The notes under the pieces: model-generated | What the model was told of the DNA's origin: nothing | Database searches by the model: none | Seen by the model: only the letters and a program-made list of their open reading frames with translations | Shown: one piece after another, positions 49,101 through 57,176 of the stretch | Layout of the letters: each line of letters opens with the position of its first letter | Position numbering within the stretch: position 1 is the stretch's first letter | Source: a virus | Lineage: Duplodnaviria; Caudoviricetes | Direction: 5' to 3' (one strand) | Length of the DNA: 64,000 bases | IMG/VR virus record: IMGVR_UViG_3300031132_000234 | Span: 4,200 to 68,199 of that record | Made by a program: the position numbers and the translations under genes

Positions 49101-50486
49101 CGACTCGCCACCCGAGGAGACGGCGGTCTGGATTTGCGTGAACAGTCGAGTAACTGTGCCTCGAGCGAGTTCGGGCTGCACGCCGACAGAGGCGATCGCG
49201 CCGGAGAGGCCGACGACATCGGCGACCGACAGGTTGGCGTTGCGCCCGATGCCAGCGATCTGGGTGGCGATGGAGATGATCTGCGACTCGGTCGCGACGG
49301 AGTTGACGCCGACCTTGAGGACGGACGAGGCGAGGTTCTCGTACTGCCCGTCGACCTCGGGGAGCAGCTGGCCGAGGCGGCCGAGTGCAGTGCCGGCGGC
49401 CTCGGCGGTCACGTCCGAAGTGGCGGTGAACTCGGCGGTCGCCTTGGTGAAGTTGAGCAGCTTGTCGCCGCTAATGTTCAGCTGCCCACCCAGGGCGGCG
49501 ATGCTGGAGACCGTCTCGAAGGTCTCCGGCGTGGAGGTGGACAGGTCGAGGAGCTGCTGCTTGAAGCGCTCGGCCGAGTCGCCGGAGAGGTCGGCGGTGC
49601 GTCGGACCTGCGCGAAGGAGGCCTCGAAGTTGGCGGCGGTCTTCACGGCGGCGACATCGGCGGCCGTGAAGCCTGCGGTGACGGCGCCGAGGGTGAAGGA
49701 GATGTTGAGCAGCGAGTACGCGCTCGAGGTGCTGACCTGCGTTGCCTCCTGCTCGGCCTGCATCTGCGCGCGCAGCTGAGACGCGAACTGCGCTGACGCC
49801 GCGGACCGCTGCTGGATCTGCTGGTCGTACGCAGTGGAGAGGTTGAGGTAGTTCCGGCTGCCGATCTCCGATTGCTTCTGGGCAGCGGCGAGCTCTCGCT
49901 CTGCGGCCGCCCGGGCCTGCACCTGGGCCCGAACCTCCATCTGGCGGTTGGCCTCGGCGGCGTCCGCTTCGGCGCGCTGGAGCTGGACGGCGTGGAGGCG
50001 CTTCTCTGCCTCGGCCCAGTCGTTGTCGGCCTGCGCTGCCTCCTTCGCGGCCTGGTTGCGCCGGCCGATCTCGGCGATGATCTCCGTCTGCGGGTTGAAG
50101 CTCGCAGCGTCCATCGTCGTCTTGTACTGCTGGAGCTGGTCCGACGGCAGCGACTGGATGCCGGAGCGATCAACCCCGGCGAGCGGGTTCGCAACCGCGC
50201 CTTCCTGTGCCACGCGGCGCTGAGCGGCGGAGAACTTGTTGAGCTTGCCGAGCAGCGAGTCGAAGCCGTCGGCGTAGCCCTTGAGGGACGCCGAGCCGTT
50301 CCGTGCCGTCTGCGAGACGCCGTCGAGCTGCTCTCGCGCCTTGGCGAGCTGTCGCTCCAGGGACTCGGTCGCCTTGTCGGCGAAGCCTGCCTGTTCGTTG
50401 AACTTCGCGAGGTCGTTGATCGCCTTGTCGAGGTTCGTGACGACGTCAAGGCGAAGTTCGGCCTGAGACCGCATGTCGTCAGACAT
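46101..50486 (-). CDS. Tape measure protein (1461 aa)
   Basis: Ala-rich helical; FEASFAQVRRT TP901-type core; C-terminal GGYTG...VHKGEYV. Confidence 0.95.
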   Translation of the reverse strand: MSDDMRSQAELRLDVVTNLDKAINDLAKFNEQAGFADKATESLERQLAKAREQLDGVSQTARNGSASLKGYADGFDSLLGKLNKFSAAQRRVAQEGAVANPLAGVDRSGIQSLPSDQLQQYKTTMDAASFNPQTEIIAEIGRRNQAAKEAAQADNDWAEAEKRLHAVQLQRAEADAAEANRQMEVRAQVQARAAAERELAAAQKQSEIGSRNYLNLSTAYDQQIQQRSAASAQFASQLRAQMQAEQEATQVSTSSAYSLLNISFTLGAVTAGFTAADVAAVKTAANFEASFAQVRRTADLSGDSAERFKQQLLDLSTSTPETFETVSSIAALGGQLNISGDKLLNFTKATAEFTATSDVTAEAAGTALGRLGQLLPEVDGQYENLASSVLKVGVNSVATESQIISIATQIAGIGRNANLSVADVVGLSGAIASVGVQPELARGTVTRLFTQIQTAVSSGGESLENFAQLAGQSGSQFASAWEKTPTTALISLLKGINAQGSNAAAALESIGLASDRDLPTLQRLAQNTNVLKDALANAKSGFADNSELQKQYGIVSETVSAKLQVLSNNWQALMATVGGSAGGGLSTAIDGLTKLLKAVTAIASNPIGQWISVTLLGFAGLVGVTGALATGMALAAGNTLLLRAAFQQGAIGATTMKVATTGLSFALKGLGGLGIVLSLASVAAIAAQAGGAFDTAADKADKFFGSSDTLASAFEKDAAAYAKTGDYIDKISVGQTQAASSGASWSSQVSDAASAQKSLAGAVDGATSAISNQTLVYGDNAKAALASMLQSSKEYQKLFTDNQLGSSLDRAGGSLNGFAESILGDPENGARNYAAKMSAALRREIKRTLDEQGIDNSAAIASATANDAFSKLTNVGAALEGQFGSTAAVMAAYASTTGGAAAATDDLSGSVEGAAGGSILLRDQVNDQIKSLYGGVNAQYELMSSSYSLGEAFYNNGAAAAANGSQLQAVISSIVSASATTGEAAGRLQGFFDALVKGGYASASQLDILRQVIGTLAPSGATPIAFNMKPFVSGMGKARHAAEKAAAATKKVTEEVKTLADYGSDLGGVFQRAFEIRWAPGQVFDKIVSGWQDIAKSAADARSKMADANATLSKLAADRKVDQYWLKVARMYGDTLRAAEIQADLAENSRDTADAQKDLSEAQKGSSTSLVGSTQAAVENRGVILGLVGDYQDYIAKLAASGYSQEQLRVKTQQLKQDFINQAVQMGFNRAEVSRYASAFDDMTTAIARVPRKITVGANVNPAIQALNEFVAKAKKAGRDAGNGMSDGFSDGVGDMSSELDPVALKTARKFALLTDIAVLSAQAALASVAGNPISAFGYQASILAKQAVLKSGNYWTGGYTGGGGKYDYAGSVHKGEYVFNQQATRNMGVENLARLHSAAQYGKPQMAAAASQGGGIVALDASSVRAIAEAVAQIRVIIPGQAIARASSANNVNGTNRGSA

Positions 50487-50546
50487 TGAGGGGATCCGCC
50501 AATCGCCGGGTGAACATCTCCCAGGATTCTATCAGCGGGTACTCAG

Positions 50547-50979
50547 CTAACTTTCGGACTCGATCCCCGCCCGACGCGCCTCTTCCTCGAAGTAGGGCGT
50601 GCGCAGCGTCGAGAAGTCCCGCGCCTTGTCAGCCATGATCGGGTTCGGTCGGAGCTGCACCCAGGGCTGCTCGCCGAGGCGCTTCTCGACCTGGCGCGAG
50701 CGGTTGGCGACCATGCGGGTGGCCTCGCAGGAGTCCTCGATGACCTCGAACTGCATGTCCTGGTCTTCCGAGTGGCACATCCAGACGTACATGCCGCACT
50801 GCGCGCAGCGCTCGCTCTCGAGGATCTGGTACGCCGTCGCGAGCAGGATGTCCATGTCAGACCAGGGCTTGCGGGAGTCCTTGCCGAGGATGACGGTCGA
50901 CGGCCGCAGCCCGAAGGTGATGGCCGTCTGGAGGGCGAGCAGGTACCTGGCGCCGTTGTTCGACGCCAGGTACTCGGCT
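50547..50979 (-). CDS. Tail assembly chaperone extension (GT-like, -1 frame)
   Basis: Open -1 frame from G GAT TTT T at 50980-50987 continuous with ORF 50547-50855. Confidence 0.8.
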
Positions 50980-51571
50980 AAAAATCCGCGTCGGCGGTGA
51001 CCGCGTCCGAGATCTGGGCGGTCAGTGACAGGTTGCTCATCGCGGCGTCGATCTTGTCGTACTCGCCGGTCGGCAGGAAGTCGGCGAATGCGCGGACCTC
51101 GTCGACGGTGAGGGAGGTCTTCACCGCACCCGTCTTGTGGTCGGTGACCTTCGAGATGCTGTCGCGGAGCACGCGGGCGGTGTACTGCTCGGAGAACTCT
51201 TCGATGATGTCCGGGTGCGGGGTGCCCTTGATCCCGAGCGCCTTGCGGGTCTCGCGGTCGGCCTTCTTGACGACGATCTTCGGGATGGCACGGAGGGAGA
51301 CGGTGAAGCCGGTCGCGTAGACCTCCTTCGCCAGACGCTGCACCTCGGCTGCCAGGCCGGAGTAGTCCTCGGGGTCCGGGCTGGTGAGCTTCGCCACCTC
51401 GAGATCGCGGGAGACGGCCGCGTGCTGCTCGCCGAGGACCTCGTCCGTGAACACCGGGACGTCCATGGTCCGGGTCGGCCGCTCTTCCAGCCGCGCCATC
51501 AGGTCGAAGCCTTCCTTGGCCTCGGTCGCGATTGCCTGCATGTCGTCGATCTCGTTCACGGTTGCCTCCAT
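50978..51571 (-). CDS. Tail assembly chaperone (G-like)
   Basis: Between major tail gene and TMP; ends at slippery site. Confidence 0.85.
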   Translation of the reverse strand: MEATVNEIDDMQAIATEAKEGFDLMARLEERPTRTMDVPVFTDEVLGEQHAAVSRDLEVAKLTSPDPEDYSGLAAEVQRLAKEVYATGFTVSLRAIPKIVVKKADRETRKALGIKGTPHPDIIEEFSEQYTARVLRDSISKVTDHKTGAVKTSLTVDEVRAFADFLPTGEYDKIDAAMSNLSLTAQISDAVTADADF

Positions 51572-51610
51572 GGCAGTACTCAGGGGATGTCCAGGGTCAG
51601 CTTAGCCGAC

Positions 51611-51646
51611 AAAACGCCCCACCCGACCGGAGTCAGGTGGGGCGTT
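51611..51646 (-). terminator. Rho-independent terminator after major tail genes
   Basis: AACGCCCCACC/GGTGGGGCGTT stem followed by a T-run on the minus strand. Confidence 0.85.
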
Positions 51647-51660
51647 CGATCCGTGACGGG

Positions 51661-52437
51661 TTACGACGCGGTGACGGTGATGGCGATCGCCGTGGAGCTC
51701 GTGGCTCCCGGGTAGGAGACCACGATGTTGGTCGTGCCGGCGGAGAGGGCGGTGACGAGGCCGCGGTTGTCGACGGTTGCGACCGCCGGGTTGCTCGAGG
51801 TCCAGGTGGCCTGAGTGGTCACGTTCGTCGTGCCGATCTTCGCCATGCCCCAGGTGTAGGCGAGGTTCGACAGCTTGAGGGCCGTCGTGAACCCGCTGGT
51901 GGTGATGGCGAGGGGCGTGGTGTCCGCGGTGATCTGCTGCGGCAGGACATCGCCCTGCGGGACCAGCTTCACGGTGTACGAGTAGCTCGTGTCACCGGAG
52001 GTCTGGTTCTTCTTCGCGTCGACCGCGACCTTGTAGACGTTGATCCGCTGACCGGGGAGGGACGGCGTGGTGTTCGCGTAGCCGACTCGGTCGACGACCC
52101 AGATGACCGCGCGGGGCGTCTTGAAGAGCGTGAATGCCTTCGTGGCGAGGTCGGCGACGTTCGCGAGGCTCTTCGGCGTGAGGAGGTTAAGGGTCCCTCC
52201 GAACTGCACGAAGCCGCGGCGCTGTGCTCCGGCGGCGTCGGTGAGCACGCGGTCGTCGATCTTGTCGGAGTCCTGCACGCCGACATCGGTCGAGTCCCAC
52301 TTGACGACGCTCGAGATGTTGAGCATCGCGTTGATCTCGTCATCCGTGGGCTGCGAGGGGTCCGTGAACGGGTTCCCAGCGGCGGCGGCAACCCAGATGG
52401 TTCGCATCTTGTTGCCGTACATCCTGGTGTCTGACAT
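51661..52437 (-). CDS. Major tail (tube) protein with C-terminal Ig-like domain
   Basis: PT..EIN...NIS tube motif; ATWTSSNPAVATVDNRGLVTALSAGTTNI Big_2 motif. Confidence 0.85.
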   Translation of the reverse strand: MSDTRMYGNKMRTIWVAAAAGNPFTDPSQPTDDEINAMLNISSVVKWDSTDVGVQDSDKIDDRVLTDAAGAQRRGFVQFGGTLNLLTPKSLANVADLATKAFTLFKTPRAVIWVVDRVGYANTTPSLPGQRINVYKVAVDAKKNQTSGDTSYSYTVKLVPQGDVLPQQITADTTPLAITTSGFTTALKLSNLAYTWGMAKIGTTNVTTQATWTSSNPAVATVDNRGLVTALSAGTTNIVVSYPGATSSTAIAITVTAS

Positions 52438-52449
52438 GGTCGATCTCCC

Positions 52450-53046
52450 TTACGCGACCGTGACGCCGATGGCGACTTCGCCGGTGGCGAAGAACGTCTG
52501 GCCGATCTTGATGGATGCCTTGTCGGCGATGTCGTCCGGCGCCACGTCCGTGAGGACCTCGTAGGCGTCGATGACCTGCTGTCCGGCGACGAACGGATCC
52601 GTCGGGCTCAGGTTGCCGACGGCGCGGTCGATGATGGCGTAGCGCGCGTCCGGGCCGACGATGAGGTCGCGGGCCATGTTGAACGTGCCGAGTGCCGTGT
52701 CGTCTGCATCGCGGAGGAGCGAGAACTTGGCGTCCACGTTGAACAGGGTGATGGCCTGCTCGTCGCCTCGGGAGACGATCGTGAGCTCGGACTCGGTGTC
52801 CGAGTCGGCGAGGCCCAGGTCGACGTCGTCGAGGACGGCCGCCGAGATGTTGCCGCCGATGCCGGCGAGGGGCGAGCTGTTGGTGGTGACGCCGACCCAG
52901 GTGTTGAGTACGGCCGCCGTCGGGGCACTGAGGGGGCACGTCACCGGGGCCGCCTTCGTACCACCGAGGATGCTGGGCGCTCCGCCCACATCGACGATCG
53001 GCACGAGGAGGATGGTCCGGTGGGCGCGCAGGGCGCGGTCTGCCAC
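52450..53046 (-). CDS. Second tail-tube-like protein
   Basis: APTAAVLN...GGNISAA...LGLADSDT parallels the adjacent tube gene. Confidence 0.7.
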   Translation of the reverse strand: MADRALRAHRTILLVPIVDVGGAPSILGGTKAAPVTCPLSAPTAAVLNTWVGVTTNSSPLAGIGGNISAAVLDDVDLGLADSDTESELTIVSRGDEQAITLFNVDAKFSLLRDADDTALGTFNMARDLIVGPDARYAIIDRAVGNLSPTDPFVAGQQVIDAYEVLTDVAPDDIADKASIKIGQTFFATGEVAIGVTVA

Positions 53047-53049
53047 GGG

Positions 53050-53265
53050 TTAGTCCTTCGTGTAGTCGGTTGCGGGGGAGGGCTTGGAAGCCTTCGCGAG
53101 CGAGATCTCGGTCGCGGTCTCCGGGGTGACGTCGTCAGCGTCCGTGGGCACGTCGTTGTTCTCGACCTTCACGAGCAGGTCAGGCCAGATGGCCGCCAGC
53201 TCCTCGGTGAGTTCGCCGAGCTTGCCGTTGCGCACGTTCCGGTAGACGTAGGTGGGCTCTGCCAT
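53050..53265 (-). CDS. Small acidic hypothetical protein
   Basis: Leaderless-type promoter 6 nt upstream. Confidence 0.65.
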   Translation of the reverse strand: MAEPTYVYRNVRNGKLGELTEELAAIWPDLLVKVENNDVPTDADDVTPETATEISLAKASKPSPATDYTKD

Positions 53266-53298
53266 AGGGCCATCTTACAGCCGACTCCCAGGTAACTC

Positions 53299-53742
53299 TC
53301 AGGCCACGAGGGAGAGGTTGTGCGTGACCGGCCAGTGCGAGATGCGGCTGTAGCGGGTCGGGCGGTCCTGCGTGTCCTTGATCGTGAACTCGCCGCCGTT
53401 GTACGGCCGGAGAGGAGCGGACGCGGGCGTCGGCGTCCAGTCGAGCAGGAGGGTCGCGCCCGCGGCAGCCAGGCGTCGCAGGTCTCCCGCGTTCCCGGCG
53501 ACCCACTGGACGGACACCGGGAGCATGAAGGGCTGCTCGGTGATGCCGCCCAGGGTGCTCTCGCTGAGGTCGGGGATCGGCTCGCCGAAGAGCACGATCG
53601 CGTACGGCCGGACCTGGCCGCTGGAGTCCTTCTCGAGCTGCTCGTAGTCCGGGGTGCCTCCGTCGTAGATCCGTCCACCGGCCAGGCTCCGCAGGCGATC
53701 CAGGATGGCTTCCGCCTCGGCGAGTCCGTCGTAGCCGGTCAT
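53299..53742 (-). CDS. Tail terminator-like protein
   Basis: IYDGGTP...RPYAIVLFG pattern; position. Confidence 0.7.
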   Translation of the reverse strand: MTGYDGLAEAEAILDRLRSLAGGRIYDGGTPDYEQLEKDSSGQVRPYAIVLFGEPIPDLSESTLGGITEQPFMLPVSVQWVAGNAGDLRRLAAAGATLLLDWTPTPASAPLRPYNGGEFTIKDTQDRPTRYSRISHWPVTHNLSLVA

Positions 53743-54164
53743 CGGGAGTCCTTCCAACCGAGGAGGCGGATCTTGCGCAGGAAGTCGGAGCGCGCGACGA
53801 GGAACGTCGACAGCAGCGTGAGGGCGGGAGCGATGTACCGCGTCCCGTCGTCCTGGTAGAGGTAGTACTTCTCGGGGTCCTGCCAGCCCCACTTCGCCGA
53901 GATCGTGTTCTCGCCGACCCAGGTGGCGCTTCCGTTCGTGCCGTTCACCATCTGGCCGGTCTCGATGCGGCCGGCGCTACCGCCGCGAGTGGCTGCGCGT
54001 CGGCGGCCGGTCTCGGTCTGCGCGCGCTCGATGAGGTCCTTCTGCTGGCGATTCGCGTTCGCGGCGAGCTCCTGCATCATGCTGTGCGCGTTCTGGCGCA
54101 CGCTCGCATCGCGCACCTTAAGCTGCTCGGCGATCCCCAGGGGGCCGCCGCCGGTCCAGCGCAT
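53739..54164 (-). CDS. Neck protein (HK97 gp10-like)
   Basis: GRIETGQM, YYLYQDDGTRYI pattern; position. Confidence 0.7.
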   Translation of the reverse strand: MRWTGGGPLGIAEQLKVRDASVRQNAHSMMQELAANANRQQKDLIERAQTETGRRRAATRGGSAGRIETGQMVNGTNGSATWVGENTISAKWGWQDPEKYYLYQDDGTRYIAPALTLLSTFLVARSDFLRKIRLLGWKDSR

Positions 54165-54583
54165 CAGGCGGCCACGCAGTCGATCGAGACCAGCGGGGCG
54201 AACGACGACCCTGCCGCCTTGAGCACCTGGAGGGACTTCCCGACGAGGTGCGGGTTCTCGCCGCCGTCGACGATGACGACCTCGTGCCCCTTGAGGACTT
54301 CGAGGTCACCGTCAAGGATTTCAACCTGCACGGTGTAGCGCTGCTTCGTGCCCCATTCGCCGGAGTTGCTCGTCTCCGTCGGCTTCGAGATGTGCTGGAT
54401 GCGGGCCCGGCGCTCGGCGAGCACGACCTCGCGCGCGATCTCGCCGCCAGTGTCGCTCGCGGGGTCGTACGGAACGCCTGCGGACTGGCGGAAGACGGTG
54501 ACGCGACCGTTCATGAACGCCACGGCCCCCTCCCTGATGACGGACGACCAGTCGTCAACTACATCGGGGGAGGGGAGGGCCAT
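54164..54583 (-). CDS. Head-to-tail stopper-like protein (DUF6093-like)
   Basis: YDPASD...ARIQ...YTVQV pattern; first gene of tail operon. Confidence 0.7.
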   Translation of the reverse strand: MALPSPDVVDDWSSVIREGAVAFMNGRVTVFRQSAGVPYDPASDTGGEIAREVVLAERRARIQHISKPTETSNSGEWGTKQRYTVQVEILDGDLEVLKGHEVVIVDGGENPHLVGKSLQVLKAAGSSFAPLVSIDCVAA

Positions 54584-54601
54584 GGTGGCATTCTATCGGC
54601 G

Positions 54602-55480
54602 TTAGTCGGCTAACCGTCGAGATGCCCAGATGCGAGCGCGATCGACGAAGGAGTCGGAGAACGAAGCGGCCTGCGCCTTGTTCCATCGCTCGTCGAAGGT
54701 GCGCATCGCGGCGCGACGAATAGCCTCCCAGTCGTCGATCCGGCGGTCGTGCAGCTTCTCGAGCGTGATGGGGTGCACGAAGAGGCCGACCTCCCCGGAG
54801 AAGACCATCTCTCCGATCTCGACTCTGCGGGATCGGTGGACGGGGATGCCAAGGAGTGCTTCAAGCGGGTTCACGCCAGGGCCCACTCACGCCAGCTCGC
54901 GCCGCCTGGAACGCCGATGGGCGTACCGACAAGACGAACGCGGAATCGCCCGTAGCGTGTCCGGATGATGGTGCCTACCGGGTAGAGCCAGGCGGGGCGA
55001 CGGGGGAGTCGGAACTCGACGCTCATGCCGCCCCCTTAAGCACTCGAGCGAGGCCGTCGAACACGACCACTGCCTGCCAGGCGGTCATCGACAAGCTGTC
55101 GAAGGCGCCCGCCATGCGCTGGATGGGAGCGATCCGCCGCCGCCGTGCGCCACGGACCTTCATGTGCGGGAAGTAGCGGGGATTCCGGGGCTTGCTCATG
55201 CGGCGATGACCTCCAACTCGTTGATCTCGATGTTCCAGATGCCGTGCTCCCGCACGTTGACCTCGGGCAGGTTGCGGAACACTTCGCCGTCACCGTCGTC
55301 GTCCGCTTTGAGGTACTCAATGACCTCGTCGTGGTTGTCGGTCAGGTCGGTGGTCCACGGCGGCCCATCGTGCCCACGGGCAGCTCGCCACTGTTCGAAG
55401 TCGTCGATGTCGACCTTGACCGTGTGCGGAACAACCACGGTGACGTGCACCTGAGCCAGAACCTTCACCACTGCGCTCAC
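54602..55480 (-). CDS. Four small ORFs (54602-54874, 54871-55026, 55023-55199, 55196-55480)
   Basis: Chain of 4-nt overlaps downstream of xis. Confidence 0.6.
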
Positions 55481-55668
55481 GCTGCCACCGCCAGGTCCTC
55501 GCCCTGCGCCAGCCAGGCGTCGACCCACGCCTCTGTGGTTCGCCAGGTGCCGGCGGTGGTCCGCTGCTTGCCCTTGAGCTCGCCGGAACGCAGCGCGTCC
55601 CGCACGGTCTCCAGGTGGTAGCCGCTGTGCTCGGCCGCTTCCTTCGCGGTCAGCCATCTCGTGCCCAT
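55477..55668 (-). CDS. xis: Excisionase-like HTH_17 protein
   Basis: WLTAKEAAEHSGYHLETVRDALRSGELKG; divergent from integrase. Confidence 0.8.
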   Translation of the reverse strand: MGTRWLTAKEAAEHSGYHLETVRDALRSGELKGKQRTTAGTWRTTEAWVDAWLAQGEDLAVAA

Positions 55669-55748
55669 GTCGTCCTCCTCAGGTGTCGGCGGTGCGCCGT
55701 GGATCACAGGCTAGCACTTAGTCAGCTAATCTGGCACAGTAGTTGACT

Positions 55749-56798
55749 ATGGCTTGGACTGAATCCCTTCCCAGCGGGAAGTACCGCGGCGGCTACCGCC
55801 TGCCCACAGGGGAGAAGCGGCGCGTGCCCGGCTCCTTCGACACGAAACGTCGAGCGCTGGCGGAGGCCACGAAGGCCGAAGAGGCTGCCGCGCGCCCCGG
55901 GTGGAAGGACCCGAAGGCGGCGGCGCGATCGTGGGGCGACTGGAACGGCGACTGGTGGCCGACTCGCGACATCACTCCCGCAAACGACAAGAACGAGCGG
56001 TCGATGCTCAAGAAGATCGACGAGCGGTGGGGGAACGTCCCGCTCGCCGACATCGACGCGAACGCGGTGAAGGCATGGGCGGTCGGCCTCAAGAAGAGTG
56101 GCGACCTGGCACCGACGAGCGTAAACCGGCACCTCGCGATCCTGCGGACCTCGCTCTCGGCGGCGGTCGAGGCTGGCGTGCTGCTCCAGAACCCGGCACT
56201 CGGGGCCCGGGTGACCGAGGGCGAGAAGGAGCGGACCCACCTCACGAAGGACGAGGCGGCGGCGCTGCTCGAGGCGCTGACCGGCGAGCAGGACAAGCGG
56301 ATGGTCGCGTTCATGCTCGGCACCGGCGTGCGCTTCGGTGAGGCCGCCGGACTCCAGGTGCCCCGGGTCGCCCGGGCGCTCGACAAGGTGCGGATCGTGG
56401 AGACGTGGCTCATCAACCAGAAGGAGCTCTCGGAGTACCCAAAGGGTCGCAAGCTCCGGACGATCCCGCTGCCCGCGTGGGCGGCCGAGAAGCTGGAGCC
56501 CGTGCTCGAGGAACGGAAGGCGGGCTTCGTCTTCCCCGGCTCCCGCGGCCCGGCCGTCTCGCACTCGGCGTTCCTCAAGCGCATCAAGAAGGCCGCGGTC
56601 GACGCCGGCATCCTCGAGAACATCACGCCGCACACGACGCGCCACTCCTACGCCACCTGGATGCTCGAGGGAGGCGTGCCGATGATGCGCGTCAGCCGCC
56701 TGCTCGGGCACGAGAGCTACGGGATCACGGACAAGATCTACTCGCACGTCGCACCCGAGTCGGGGGACAACGTGACGGACGCGCTGCCGGATCTGTGA
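55749..56798 (+). CDS. int: Tyrosine integrase of the prophage
   Basis: GVRFGE (R), PKG (K), HTTRH (HxxR), LGH, IYSH (Y). Confidence 0.95.
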   Translation: MAWTESLPSGKYRGGYRLPTGEKRRVPGSFDTKRRALAEATKAEEAAARPGWKDPKAAARSWGDWNGDWWPTRDITPANDKNERSMLKKIDERWGNVPLADIDANAVKAWAVGLKKSGDLAPTSVNRHLAILRTSLSAAVEAGVLLQNPALGARVTEGEKERTHLTKDEAAALLEALTGEQDKRMVAFMLGTGVRFGEAAGLQVPRVARALDKVRIVETWLINQKELSEYPKGRKLRTIPLPAWAAEKLEPVLEERKAGFVFPGSRGPAVSHSAFLKRIKKAAVDAGILENITPHTTRHSYATWMLEGGVPMMRVSRLLGHESYGITDKIYSHVAPESGDNVTDALPDL

Positions 56799-56809
56799 GC
56801 GCTTCGCCG

Positions 56810-56860
56810 TGGGGCAGATCGTGGGGCAAATCTGCCCCACATGGGGCAAAAAGTGGGGCA
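56810..56860. repeat. Five TGGGGCA repeats (probable integrase arm sites)
   Basis: Copies at 56810, 56822, 56842, 56854 and inverted at 56833, between int and att. Confidence 0.7.
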
Positions 56861-56988
56861 ACAGCCGATGTCAGGGGGTGTGATCGGCTGTGATTCACCG
56901 CCTTGTCACACTGGCTCGATCGGCGCAAGCATGCGGATCGACGGGGCCTGGCTAGCCTAGGCTGCGCCACACTGCGAAACGGGCTGCA

Positions 56989-57035
56989 TCACTCGTAATG
57001 AATAGGTCGTCGGTTCGATTCCGACAGGCGGCTCC
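56989..57035 (+). repeat. att site: 3' half of tRNA-Thr(CGT)
   Basis: TCACTCGTAATGAATAGGTCGTCGGTTCGATTCCGAC (37 bp) identical to 63244-63280; anticodon loop, T arm and acceptor 3' strand present, no D arm. Confidence 0.92.
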
Positions 57036-57040
57036 GAGAG

Positions 57041-57087
57041 AAAGCCCCGGTCAGTCCTCGCGCCAGTCGCAGGTAGACCGGGGCTTT
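57041..57087 (+). terminator. Hairpin terminator after tRNA fragment
   Basis: AAAGCCCCGGTC...GACCGGGGCTTTT. Confidence 0.8.
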
Positions 57088-57176
57088 TCGTGTACCTGGT
57101 GCACACAGCAGTGCACACAGCGCGCTCGCCTACGAAAGTCAGTCTCAGCGTCAGCGGTGCCCGGCATCATCCCCGT

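Larger units (their letters stand above)
1..57035. mobile_element. Temperate siphovirus-like prophage; left boundary outside window, right boundary at the tRNA-Thr 3' fragment
   Basis: Head, tail, lysis, replication and int/xis genes present. One palindromic motif recurs from 8.7 to 55.7 kb and was not noticed right of 57 kb. att-like tRNA 3' fragment at 56989-57035 next to the integrase. Confidence 0.95.

Noticed and set aside
54890-55000. Structured ncRNA (TCGCGCCGCCTGG/CCAGGCGGGGCGA stem)
   Set aside because: Lies within a coupled 51-aa ORF (54871-55026); such pairing is expected by chance at this GC content
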